IMG/VR virus record: IMGVR_UViG_3300028666_000022
Location: 124,001-188,000 of that record
Strand: one strand, 5' to 3'
Length of the DNA: 64,000 bases
Shown piece after piece: positions 9,482-18,723 of the stretch. The notes under the pieces are model-generated. The model was not told the origin of the DNA and did not search any database. It saw nothing but the letters and a program-made list of their open reading frames with translations. Numbering within the stretch: the first letter of the stretch is position 1; each line of letters starts with the position of its first letter. The translations under genes were made by a program, and so were the position numbers.

Positions 9482-10399
9482 TTAAAAAATTATATTTTGA
9501 AAATTATTTTCAGTTTCTTTAATTTCTTTCACATAATTATATGAACAATATTCTTTACTACATTTCAATTCTTTATTAAATGGTGATATTTGATGCTGTG
9601 TTTTTAGAAAATAATACCCATTATTTATAACTGCACCTGCATTATGATAAATATTTGTATTTTCCCATTTTTTTATCACGTCTGTTGCCCAACAAAAATC
9701 AAGTTTTTTCATAATTTTTGTTTTATGACCAAAATACCAAGCATTCCATAAAACAGCCCACATATCTGCAGTCCATGCTTGAATTGGATGTTCTGGATTA
9801 TATTTGTGTGATGAATTAACCATAAATACATATAAGTTTTCTGAATCTTTTTCAACTTTTCTCCAAAAATCAGCATTTATGTTTTTCATTAAATATTGTG
9901 CACCACCTGCATTTTCATCATTTTCCTCAACAAGATTTGAATTAATTCCAACAATTTCACACATTTTATGAAATAATTCTTCACTTTTACTTTTAATATA
10001 TTGACTACTAATATATGATCTAGTATCACTTAAATACCATGTATTACTTTTTTCTAAATCTGCAAATTTCATTTTTTTAGTAAAAATTACATCTGGATCA
10101 ATATAAAAAAATATTTCATTTTCTGCATTTGGATATTTTTCAAAAAATTTAGCCAAAATGTGTGGTCTTAATGTTGATGAATATTGTGGATTAATTCTCT
10201 CATCATTAAAAATATAAAAACTACATTTACTATTAGTTTTTGTCATTATATTTGTCAACACACTACTTTTTTGTATTGAATTTTTACCTATAACATAAAT
10301 AACATCTTCATCTAGTCCAAGTTTTTTAAAATTGTTTATTTGGACAAGCATTTGCCATAAAAAATAATTACTGTCAGGTAATGCAATTAAAAATTTCAT
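9482..10399 (-). CDS. GT-A glycosyltransferase resembling peptidyl-Ser galactosyltransferase / Hyp arabinosyltransferase (GT96/GT95-like)
   Basis: NYFLWQ N-terminal motif, DPD (DxD), WTADMWA, IYHN; motif order resembles plant SERGT1/HPAT as recalled. Confidence 0.6.
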   Translation of the reverse strand: MKFLIALPDSNYFLWQMLVQINNFKKLGLDEDVIYVIGKNSIQKSSVLTNIMTKTNSKCSFYIFNDERINPQYSSTLRPHILAKFFEKYPNAENEIFFYIDPDVIFTKKMKFADLEKSNTWYLSDTRSYISSQYIKSKSEELFHKMCEIVGINSNLVEENDENAGGAQYLMKNINADFWRKVEKDSENLYVFMVNSSHKYNPEHPIQAWTADMWAVLWNAWYFGHKTKIMKKLDFCWATDVIKKWENTNIYHNAGAVINNGYYFLKTQHQISPFNKELKCSKEYCSYNYVKEIKETENNFQNIIF

Positions 10400-10402
10400 A
10401 TG

Positions 10403-13400
10403 TTATGGTGTTGATATTGTTGTGGTTATTATTGGTGGAACAATTATTGATATTTCACCATTTGGTGTAACATCTGAAACTGTTGGTGTTAATTGTGTTA
10501 ATGAACTAACTATTCCACTTGGTGAACCAATTAATTTTAATGCTTTGTTTTCTATAGTAATTTGAATACTATCTCCATTTGTCATTGAAATTATTGTATT
10601 ATTTACAATATTTAAAATATTTGCAGTAGTTTCTGAATTATTCATACTATAAATAACTACACTATTCTTTTTTATTGTAATAAACGAATCTGATTCATTT
10701 CCAGTACCACCAGTAATATATAATTTACTAATAAAATTCAAGCTAATATCTACATTATATCCCGGTAATATTGCTGGTGATACAACTAAATCATATGTAC
10801 TTTGACCATAATATCCTGTTTGTATATTTGTTGATATTGCTTGTTGTGCTGTTTCTGATTCAATAAATGTTAATATTGCACTAAATGGAAATGCTGTAGT
10901 TGTTGTAGTGTTTGTTGGATATGAAATAGTAATGCCACTAACAATAAAATTTTTACATAAATTTTTAACACAAACAAAATCATTTGTCCATTCAACTTCT
11001 TGTGATAATGGTCTTTTCAAGAAAACACTACCATCATTTCCCATATAATTTAATTGAGAATCAAAACTATATTTTACTCCACTACCTAATGTATTTGTGT
11101 TAATAAATCCCATATTAACACCTCTTTTATATGTGAATTTTTGTTTAGTAAAAACAGTATTTCTAACTAATAAACCACTTTTTCTTAATATTATCGTAGA
11201 AGAAAGTAATTCATCAACAAACTTCTGAAAAAATGCATTATATTTATTTAAAAATGGATATAAATTTTCAAAAGTATAACCATTAGAATGTAATGGATTA
11301 TTAACAGGTAGTTTACTTCTTTTTAAATAATCACTATAAACTTTTAATAATGTTGGATACCAACCTCCTTTAGAATCTGTAACAACTTTTCTGTTTCGAG
11401 CATTAATTAATTTTCTTTGTATTAATTCAATAAATTCAAGAAAAGATAATTTACTTATATCACCAACACCAAAATCATTACCTATTATTGGATTAAAGAA
11501 ATCATTACCACCTATAAGATAATAAACACTAATAACACTATTGAATCTCAATCCTCGTGGCAAATATATTTCATATGGATTATTTAAATTAAGACTATAA
11601 TCTGTTTGAGGTTCTAATGCAATACCATCAATTAATATTTTTACTTCTGAAGCATTTTTTACTTTATAATTTAACTTATAAACAAATTTATTTGCTGAAT
11701 TATTAAAATAAATTTTACTACTATTAAAACTATCAATTCTTAAAACCTCACTTCTTGCAGCAATACTTGTATTACCAGTGACAGTAATATATGCTACTTG
11801 TACGTAAGGATCTTCAGATAAATATGCAATAACATCAGAATTTTGAATTATTAATTCACTACTATTATTTGGATTAACAATATAGTCAGCAATAAATTGA
11901 TTTGTTCCTTTAGTTAAGGCAACACCATTTATTGTTAATTGAACATCTCCATTTGGTAAAGCGGGTAATGGAACAATCGTACCATTAAGATTTGGTTTTA
12001 CTCTAGTTGCAACATATTTTACTGTAACACCTGAAATTGCTGGTGTTAACCCATTATTATATAAATAAGTAGCTTCAACAACATCTCTATTACCATTAGC
12101 ATTTACTGCAGTTCCATTTATTTTAAACGTACTACCAGTAATACCATAATCACTCTCAAAATTAGTTATTCCTGTTGCTCCTGTTCTTGGGGTATTTAAT
12201 AAAATTCCATTAAATCTAACTTCAATATCACCGTCTGGAGTAAATGGAAGCGTAAATTTATTTGCACTAGTATTATATCCTAACGATAGGTTAACATAAG
12301 TATATGGAAGAGTATAACCACTTGAATTTGCTGGAAAATCAATGTCTTTAATATATGAGAACACATCATATTCAATTCCTCTGGCTAAATCTAATGATAC
12401 CTCAGTTTCTTTTGTATTTAAAACTAATCTACTATCTCCTTGATAATATTGCTGTGTTGAATAATAACTTCTAGTTGTTGCTCCTGTTTGAATCCAAGAT
12501 TTTTTATTATCAACAGTTTGCATTAAATTAAATCCAGCCAAACGAAAAGCATCCATATATGCTTGTCCACTATCAGTATCACCAGAAACTTGGAAAAAAT
12601 AATTACTTGTTTCTAATGGTGCAACAGGATAACCATCAGTATCATACGGTAATGAATTCGAAGGAAAATCTGCTTGTGTTAATGTTACTTCTCTAGGATC
12701 TATTTTTCCTTCAACAGTATAAACATATTCATTAATACTAATAAATGGTTCTGGAATACCAATCAACATAAATATTGATTTAATTGCTTCTCTTGTTCCT
12801 TTTGATTTCCAAAAATAATTGGTATTCATTAATATTCTTCGCCATAATTCAATGTTCACCTCTGCAGGAAGTAAATCAGTATGTAAATTTCTTTCAAGAT
12901 TATCAATTGTAAAAAAACTATCAACTAATTCAGCTTCATTCACTAATGAAAAATAATCCCAACCAAACGTCCTAGCTAAATTACTTACTAATTGATCTGG
13001 AATATTATTAACTTTATCATAAGTAATAGTATTAATATATACCAACGAATCAATAAATTCTCGCATTAAATCAAACTCTCTACCATAAATTCTTAAAAGT
13101 TTGGTCATTTTACCATCTTCTGTAAGATCATACGTCTTTAATGATAAGGGAGTTAAAAATCTTGCAATTAAATCAGTTTTTATACTATCATACTTTGAAC
13201 CAATGGTTAATGCAGTATCTAAAAATTTTTGATATGGTGAAGCACTAATATCTATATTATATCCATCAGTCGTTGTCCATAATACTGTTGCATTTGCGTA
13301 AACTATATTTCCATCGTCTAACAGAGTAGGTTCACTCATTTTAAATTGAAAACCTTGAATATCTACTCTTTCTGAAACAATATACTGTTCATATTTTTCT

Positions 13401-14149
13401 AAATTTGCCCTAAATTCTTCGAAAATAAAATTATTGGGTTTCATGTGATAATCAAAATATCCAGTAGTTGTATTACCAGTATTAAATGGGAATGGATTAC
13501 CTGAAGTTTTTATGGTAATATGATTTACTCCTGAAGTATCACCTGTAAACCCAACTACATTATATGAATTATTTGCATCGTATTTTGACCATATTACATA
13601 TTTTTCAAGAGATAAATTAATGTTTTTAATCTCTTGATTATTAGGAACACTTACATTACCTTGATTAAATATTAATCCAAATTTATTTTTAATAAATTCA
13701 GAAGGAACATCAAATGTTGATATATCTGTAAGTGGATCATAAACAAAATTATAAAAACTAATATTACCACCTCTATTTACCTTTGAACTAATATATAAAC
13801 TTCCGGGATATGCTAATATTATATTCTGTATCGAAACTCTTAAAAGTTCATAAGCCGAACCAAATCTAACAAAAGTATTTAAATCAGACTTATCGAGATT
13901 TAAAACAACATTGGTTGAAAAATCATGAAGCATTGAAGACTGACTAGAATTAACTCCTAGAGTGTCTAATGTTACTGGCCTAACGAAGGAAGAAAGCGAA
14001 TTTGAGTAGTCGACATTTTTTTTTCCATCAAAGTTTGAGGTGATACTAAAACTTCCTAAAGTAAAGATAGTCTCAGAAGTAGTATTGTTGAAATTTTCAC
14101 CATTTAAGTTCTGGTCAAGATTATTATTAATTACCTTTACTTTTGCCAC
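10403..14149 (-). CDS. Large baseplate wedge/tail structural protein (P2 gpI-like segment), GTG start
   Basis: LARTFGW...WKSKGTREAI motif; repeated V..NG..L....DY Ig-like units; C-terminal Thr linker plus beta-domain. Confidence 0.65.
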   Translation of the reverse strand: MAKVKVINNNLDQNLNGENFNNTTSETIFTLGSFSITSNFDGKKNVDYSNSLSSFVRPVTLDTLGVNSSQSSMLHDFSTNVVLNLDKSDLNTFVRFGSAYELLRVSIQNIILAYPGSLYISSKVNRGGNISFYNFVYDPLTDISTFDVPSEFIKNKFGLIFNQGNVSVPNNQEIKNINLSLEKYVIWSKYDANNSYNVVGFTGDTSGVNHITIKTSGNPFPFNTGNTTTGYFDYHMKPNNFIFEEFRANLEKYEQYIVSERVDIQGFQFKMSEPTLLDDGNIVYANATVLWTTTDGYNIDISASPYQKFLDTALTIGSKYDSIKTDLIARFLTPLSLKTYDLTEDGKMTKLLRIYGREFDLMREFIDSLVYINTITYDKVNNIPDQLVSNLARTFGWDYFSLVNEAELVDSFFTIDNLERNLHTDLLPAEVNIELWRRILMNTNYFWKSKGTREAIKSIFMLIGIPEPFISINEYVYTVEGKIDPREVTLTQADFPSNSLPYDTDGYPVAPLETSNYFFQVSGDTDSGQAYMDAFRLAGFNLMQTVDNKKSWIQTGATTRSYYSTQQYYQGDSRLVLNTKETEVSLDLARGIEYDVFSYIKDIDFPANSSGYTLPYTYVNLSLGYNTSANKFTLPFTPDGDIEVRFNGILLNTPRTGATGITNFESDYGITGSTFKINGTAVNANGNRDVVEATYLYNNGLTPAISGVTVKYVATRVKPNLNGTIVPLPALPNGDVQLTINGVALTKGTNQFIADYIVNPNNSSELIIQNSDVIAYLSEDPYVQVAYITVTGNTSIAARSEVLRIDSFNSSKIYFNNSANKFVYKLNYKVKNASEVKILIDGIALEPQTDYSLNLNNPYEIYLPRGLRFNSVISVYYLIGGNDFFNPIIGNDFGVGDISKLSFLEFIELIQRKLINARNRKVVTDSKGGWYPTLLKVYSDYLKRSKLPVNNPLHSNGYTFENLYPFLNKYNAFFQKFVDELLSSTIILRKSGLLVRNTVFTKQKFTYKRGVNMGFINTNTLGSGVKYSFDSQLNYMGNDGSVFLKRPLSQEVEWTNDFVCVKNLCKNFIVSGITISYPTNTTTTTAFPFSAILTFIESETAQQAISTNIQTGYYGQSTYDLVVSPAILPGYNVDISLNFISKLYITGGTGNESDSFITIKKNSVVIYSMNNSETTANILNIVNNTIISMTNGDSIQITIENKALKLIGSPSGIVSSLTQLTPTVSDVTPNGEISIIVPPIITTTISTP

Positions 14150-14164
14150 AAATTTTGATTTTTA

Positions 14165-14173
14165 TATAAATAC
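14165..14173 (-). promoter_or_regulatory. Putative late promoter GTATTTATA
   Basis: 15 nt upstream of the GTG at 14149. Confidence 0.6.
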
Positions 14174-14180
14174 AACAAAA

Positions 14181-14215
14181 AATAAAACCCAAAAGATTAT
14201 GATTTTTCTTTTGGG
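14181..14215 (-). terminator. Intrinsic terminator
   Basis: Stem CCCAAAAGA (14188-14196) / TCTTTTGGG (14207-14215), followed by a T-rich run on the minus strand. Confidence 0.6.
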
Positions 14216-14244
14216 CTTAAAATGTTGTAAGTTATAATATATTT

Positions 14245-15141
14245 TTAAAAATTAGTTATGGTGTTAAAATCCTCGCTTGTATCAATATTAGATCGATTTG
14301 ATTTCACTTCAAAGAGAGGTACTCCACCAATACTATCCTTAATTTCGTATAAATCTGCTTGTTGCACGATGGAATGATTCTTATCATACCAGCTAACGAT
14401 TCCTTTAGTAACATCTTTAATTTGATCACCCCCTACAATTGTCATAATACTTTCTAAATTAACATCTGTTAGTTCAACTTCAATAGAAAGTGGAGTAAAA
14501 AATGTATTCGATATGATAATCGTTTGTCCCGGATTACCAATAAAAGGTGTTATATTTGGTTTTGTATTACTAGCCGATGAAGGAGTTAATTCTAAAAACA
14601 TTAAAGAACCTGAATCATCATAAGTATACCTAATTGAGCGTTGCGAACTAGAACCTTGGTTACTAGAGATCGGTGTTACTTTATTATTTGAAGTGACATA
14701 TCTGATAACGTTACGCATTTTAGTACCATCAATATTAATATATTCGATACGGTATCCTTGAAGACCATTATTTGAGCGTAATGCAGATGGTAAAGAATTA
14801 ACGTCTACAACTATGCCCTTCATATTTGGAAGTGAACTAAGCACCGAGCAATCGTTAACCACACAATAAAAAAACTTAGGTTTAATATAAATTGTATAAA
14901 AACCAATTTGATTAAAAACAGTAGCAGGTAACTTAAGAGTATAAAGGCCCTCTAAAATATTTTCATTACCGCTAATTTGTTCAGTAGGTGGTAAATAATT
15001 ATATGATAATACCTCACCTGCGTTTAAAGGAAGAATAGTATTATTAAGTGTTTCTCTATTGGGAGTATAACTATAATAGATGCTAATATCGTTAATGCTA
15101 ACATCCGAAGGTCTGTTTACTCCTATTGTGCCGATTGACAT
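14245..15141 (-). CDS. Probable baseplate-region structural protein
   Basis: Position in the baseplate operon; beta-rich composition. Confidence 0.55.
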   Translation of the reverse strand: MSIGTIGVNRPSDVSINDISIYYSYTPNRETLNNTILPLNAGEVLSYNYLPPTEQISGNENILEGLYTLKLPATVFNQIGFYTIYIKPKFFYCVVNDCSVLSSLPNMKGIVVDVNSLPSALRSNNGLQGYRIEYINIDGTKMRNVIRYVTSNNKVTPISSNQGSSSQRSIRYTYDDSGSLMFLELTPSSASNTKPNITPFIGNPGQTIIISNTFFTPLSIEVELTDVNLESIMTIVGGDQIKDVTKGIVSWYDKNHSIVQQADLYEIKDSIGGVPLFEVKSNRSNIDTSEDFNTITNF

Positions 15142-16124
15142 AATACTAATTTTAATAATTCTTCTTTAGTTATTGAACATTTGGTTCTTTTTGTCATATT
15201 ATCTTTCCAAGGTATGAATTCTAAATTATTTATTGAACCAATCATTTGAGGATCTATTTTATTGAAAAAACCTTCTGAAATTGAATATTTATGATCTAAA
15301 TTATATGCTCCAGCTTTACCAGAAACCCCTCTTTTTTCATAATTTTCTAATGTTTGTATTGGTTGTTTATTTGTTATTTTTATAACCACTTTTCTATACT
15401 TCTCATATTCTGATATTGTTTTTAAATATTCTTTATATGTTGTAACACCCCAACGTTTAATTAAACCAACTGAAACACCCTCACTTCTATTACGCATTAA
15501 TTTATTTTCAACTAAAAATTTTCTTATCACACCACTACCTAAAGATAATATTTTTTCAATTGTTTCAACACTTTCATATTCATTAACATATAGATTTATT
15601 ATATCTTCCTTTTGTTTTTCATTTAAACTCACCATTTTACCATCACTATTCCCTTTTCTTAAAATATTTAAACTTCTTAATAAATTTTTTATTGGTGTAT
15701 TACTACAATTAAAATAATCACCAATTTTACGAGTATTTAAATTTTCAATCAAATACATGTTTTTTATTTTTAAAATATCTTCTTCAGAAAACATAATTTT
15801 AAGATCATCTCTATTTTTAATAAAAACATTATTTTTTATCAAAATTTTAGTTATGAATTTTTTAGAATGATGTGATATAGTTTCAATTTGTGTAACACTA
15901 TTTCCTTTTTGATATAATAAAATAATTTCATTAATTTCGTTATCACTATATTCATCTAATTGTTTTCTTTTATCTCTATTTTCTATCCAAACATTATTCT
16001 CAATTAAAATTTTCTTAATGTTTTTTTTATCCATCTTCATCTTATTTCTAATTACAAATACTGACATTCCAGAATTATATAATAAAATAATTTCTGAAAT
16101 TATTGATTCACCATAGTCTTTCAT
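15123..16124 (-). CDS. Free-standing HNH-like homing endonuclease with repeated HTH units
   Basis: Four II.LY..G.S...I HTH-like repeats; C-terminal LDHKYS...NNLEFIPWKDN..K. Confidence 0.7.
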   Translation of the reverse strand: MKDYGESIISEIILLYNSGMSVFVIRNKMKMDKKNIKKILIENNVWIENRDKRKQLDEYSDNEINEIILLYQKGNSVTQIETISHHSKKFITKILIKNNVFIKNRDDLKIMFSEEDILKIKNMYLIENLNTRKIGDYFNCSNTPIKNLLRSLNILRKGNSDGKMVSLNEKQKEDIINLYVNEYESVETIEKILSLGSGVIRKFLVENKLMRNRSEGVSVGLIKRWGVTTYKEYLKTISEYEKYRKVVIKITNKQPIQTLENYEKRGVSGKAGAYNLDHKYSISEGFFNKIDPQMIGSINNLEFIPWKDNMTKRTKCSITKEELLKLVLCQSAQ

Positions 16125-16150
16125 TTTTCAATTTATTAATAATAATTATT

Positions 16151-16840
16151 TTACGTATTTTTTACAATATTAAAGAATTTACCTGCAGCATAGGTTTCAA
16201 TATCAACCAAACTTTTCATATATTCGAGTTTATAATTTTTATCAAATGCCGATAATTCTTGTCTAGTTATAAATACATCATTAATGATTTTTGGATTACT
16301 AATGATATTATCTTTATTAGGATCTTTAAATATTGGAGCATTAATAAAATCAGGACTATTAGTGCCTTGTGGAGTATAACTAAAACAAGTACAATTATTT
16401 ACACCACAAGAATTAAATTTATCAATATATTTGATACCACCAATATAATAAACAACACATTGTGAAACACTTGAATTCTGATAATCAACACCATCATTAA
16501 CTATTGATGAACCACAAGAACAATCACAACTAGTTCCACTATTACTAATACGAGCAATATATTGATTATTAAAATCAGATGTTATAGTATATTTACGTAA
16601 TTCACTTAATCTACTTGTAGAAGTTCCAGTCACTGTTGGCAATAAAGTCCAAACAGTATTATTAGTAGTTATACCTGTGTAAGCATCAAAAAAACCAATG
16701 TCTTGTGATTCAGAAGTTAATAGAATATTAATATGGTAAATAGCTTTCAAATCAGGTATTATTGTTCTACAATTACCTGTACATGTAGAAGTAATACCTG
16801 TTGTAACTATTTGTTTTATCTTTTTTTTAATTAATTCCAT
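16151..16840 (-). CDS. Probable structural protein with a Cys insert (TSCDCSCGSS)
   Basis: Baseplate operon context. Confidence 0.55.
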   Translation of the reverse strand: MELIKKKIKQIVTTGITSTCTGNCRTIIPDLKAIYHINILLTSESQDIGFFDAYTGITTNNTVWTLLPTVTGTSTSRLSELRKYTITSDFNNQYIARISNSGTSCDCSCGSSIVNDGVDYQNSSVSQCVVYYIGGIKYIDKFNSCGVNNCTCFSYTPQGTNSPDFINAPIFKDPNKDNIISNPKIINDVFITRQELSAFDKNYKLEYMKSLVDIETYAAGKFFNIVKNT

Positions 16841-16870
16841 TAAAAAGTATATAATTTAAAAAACATTTTA

Positions 16871-18718
16871 TTAACTAACACTTTTACGCAACAAAATCTT
16901 AATATCTTTCGAAGGTTCCTTGATTTCAAACATACTATCCTCTGTTGCATAAATTGTATTATTAATTATGTTAATCTCACCAGTACTTGAATTTAGTATT
17001 TGTTGAGAAATAACATTATTTGAATACGTACCACCAACCTTATTAAAAACTTTGATATTAATAACATTAATTACTCCATTTACAGCATTTATTTCACTTT
17101 GAAGTTGTGCTAAGAATATATTGGTGTCCATTTCATATTTATTTATATCAAAATAATTAGTAACAACAGTAATAATACTATTTGCTATCTGATTATCTGA
17201 TATGTTTTGAACATAAACATCAATTTCAAAACCTAAATTAATTATTTTACCGTCTTTAATTTCAATAAAATCATTCATCATTCTATATCCGCTCAGATAT
17301 TCAGTAATATTATTTTTTAATAATGTATTACTAGTATTTGATAATTTACCATCTGCCCCAATACCTAATATACTTATAACTACTTTATTGTTTAACTTAA
17401 ATGCATTTGCTCTAAATGGTGAACCAAACTTACCCGGCATTTTATAAACCTGAAGCAAATAATCAGTTAATGTTACTGCCCTTCCTTGACTACTAAAATT
17501 ATAACTAATTAGGTTTCTAATCTGTTCTATACTCAAACCATCATTTCCGCCAATTGCTGGGATCGGATTAACTGCACGGAGACTTTTTTGGACAGCCGTA
17601 TTCAAATCCTGTCTCGATCCATTGACCCGTAGATTAGCATTTCCTATTTGAGTAAGAATATTAGCTCCAATATTAGAATTACTTCCACCACCAGTTCTAT
17701 ATCTTACAAATAATGTATAATTAGGTTTTAGTTTTTCTCCTAAAGCAGTGTTATTTAAAAAATTATCGAGAAATGCTCTATTTGTTACTCCTTCTTTAAT
17801 GAATCCATTTTTAAATGCATTAACATCAGAATCACCAGAACCAAAAGTTAAAACACAAAATCCATTATCAGTATATTCTTTAATAAATTTTTTAGTTATG
17901 TCCATCCATATAGCAGCTTTAGTACCACCTGAAGTAACTGAACTATTTAGGTTTTCAACAAATATCCTCTGTTGTGCTAAATAATCTACTTCATAATAAA
18001 TATTATTTGCTGTATAAAAATCTGAAACTGAAGGGTTACTTGAAAAATTTGTACCTTCTAATAGTATTACATTTTCTATTTCAATAACATCTGGATCTGG
18101 TAATGTTATTGAAAAAAATGGAACAACATCATTAGTGCTTATTACTCTTTTATATATATTTGTGCTACCATTTATAACAATTTCTCTTTTAGTAATAGTA
18201 TAACTTACAACAATACCATTTGAATCTAAATTTGGTATAATAGAACGATTTGGATCACCTAAATTACTAACTGGAGATGAAAAGTCTATTGTTTCTGTAG
18301 TTTCAAAAATTTTACCACCTCCGATTGCTTGAAAACCCGGTGGAATTTGAGGAAAATAACTAGGATCTGGACGATCTCCAAGAACCGGAACGCTTACGGA
18401 TATGTCTAATAATGTTACAGACGGCCTACGTGCTGGTATATTAAACCCCAAATTTTTAGCTATATTTCTTAAACTACTGATTTGCTGACTGTTAGCAAGT
18501 TGAGTTTCATTAAAAACTCGATCTGTATTTATTGATAAATTATTGGTAACACCAGCATTTAAATCAATTAATAAGGTTCCAATTGAAGAATCGCTAAAAT
18601 CCCCCAAAACTTCTGGATATGAGGTCTTTATATAATTAATTAAATCAGTTTTTATGTCCGAAAACGTTAACGAATTATAACGAACTATATTTGTAATATT
18701 TGTATTATTATTTGCCAT
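16871..18718 (-). CDS. Baseplate wedge subunit (T4 gp6 / baseplate J-like)
   Basis: F.DIKTDLINYIK...DFSDSSIG..LIDL; YRTGGG..SN; GG.D..SIEQIR; RAVTLTDY. Confidence 0.85.
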   Translation of the reverse strand: MANNNTNITNIVRYNSLTFSDIKTDLINYIKTSYPEVLGDFSDSSIGTLLIDLNAGVTNNLSINTDRVFNETQLANSQQISSLRNIAKNLGFNIPARRPSVTLLDISVSVPVLGDRPDPSYFPQIPPGFQAIGGGKIFETTETIDFSSPVSNLGDPNRSIIPNLDSNGIVVSYTITKREIVINGSTNIYKRVISTNDVVPFFSITLPDPDVIEIENVILLEGTNFSSNPSVSDFYTANNIYYEVDYLAQQRIFVENLNSSVTSGGTKAAIWMDITKKFIKEYTDNGFCVLTFGSGDSDVNAFKNGFIKEGVTNRAFLDNFLNNTALGEKLKPNYTLFVRYRTGGGSNSNIGANILTQIGNANLRVNGSRQDLNTAVQKSLRAVNPIPAIGGNDGLSIEQIRNLISYNFSSQGRAVTLTDYLLQVYKMPGKFGSPFRANAFKLNNKVVISILGIGADGKLSNTSNTLLKNNITEYLSGYRMMNDFIEIKDGKIINLGFEIDVYVQNISDNQIANSIITVVTNYFDINKYEMDTNIFLAQLQSEINAVNGVINVINIKVFNKVGGTYSNNVISQQILNSSTGEINIINNTIYATEDSMFEIKEPSKDIKILLRKSVS

Positions 18719-18723
18719 TTTAT

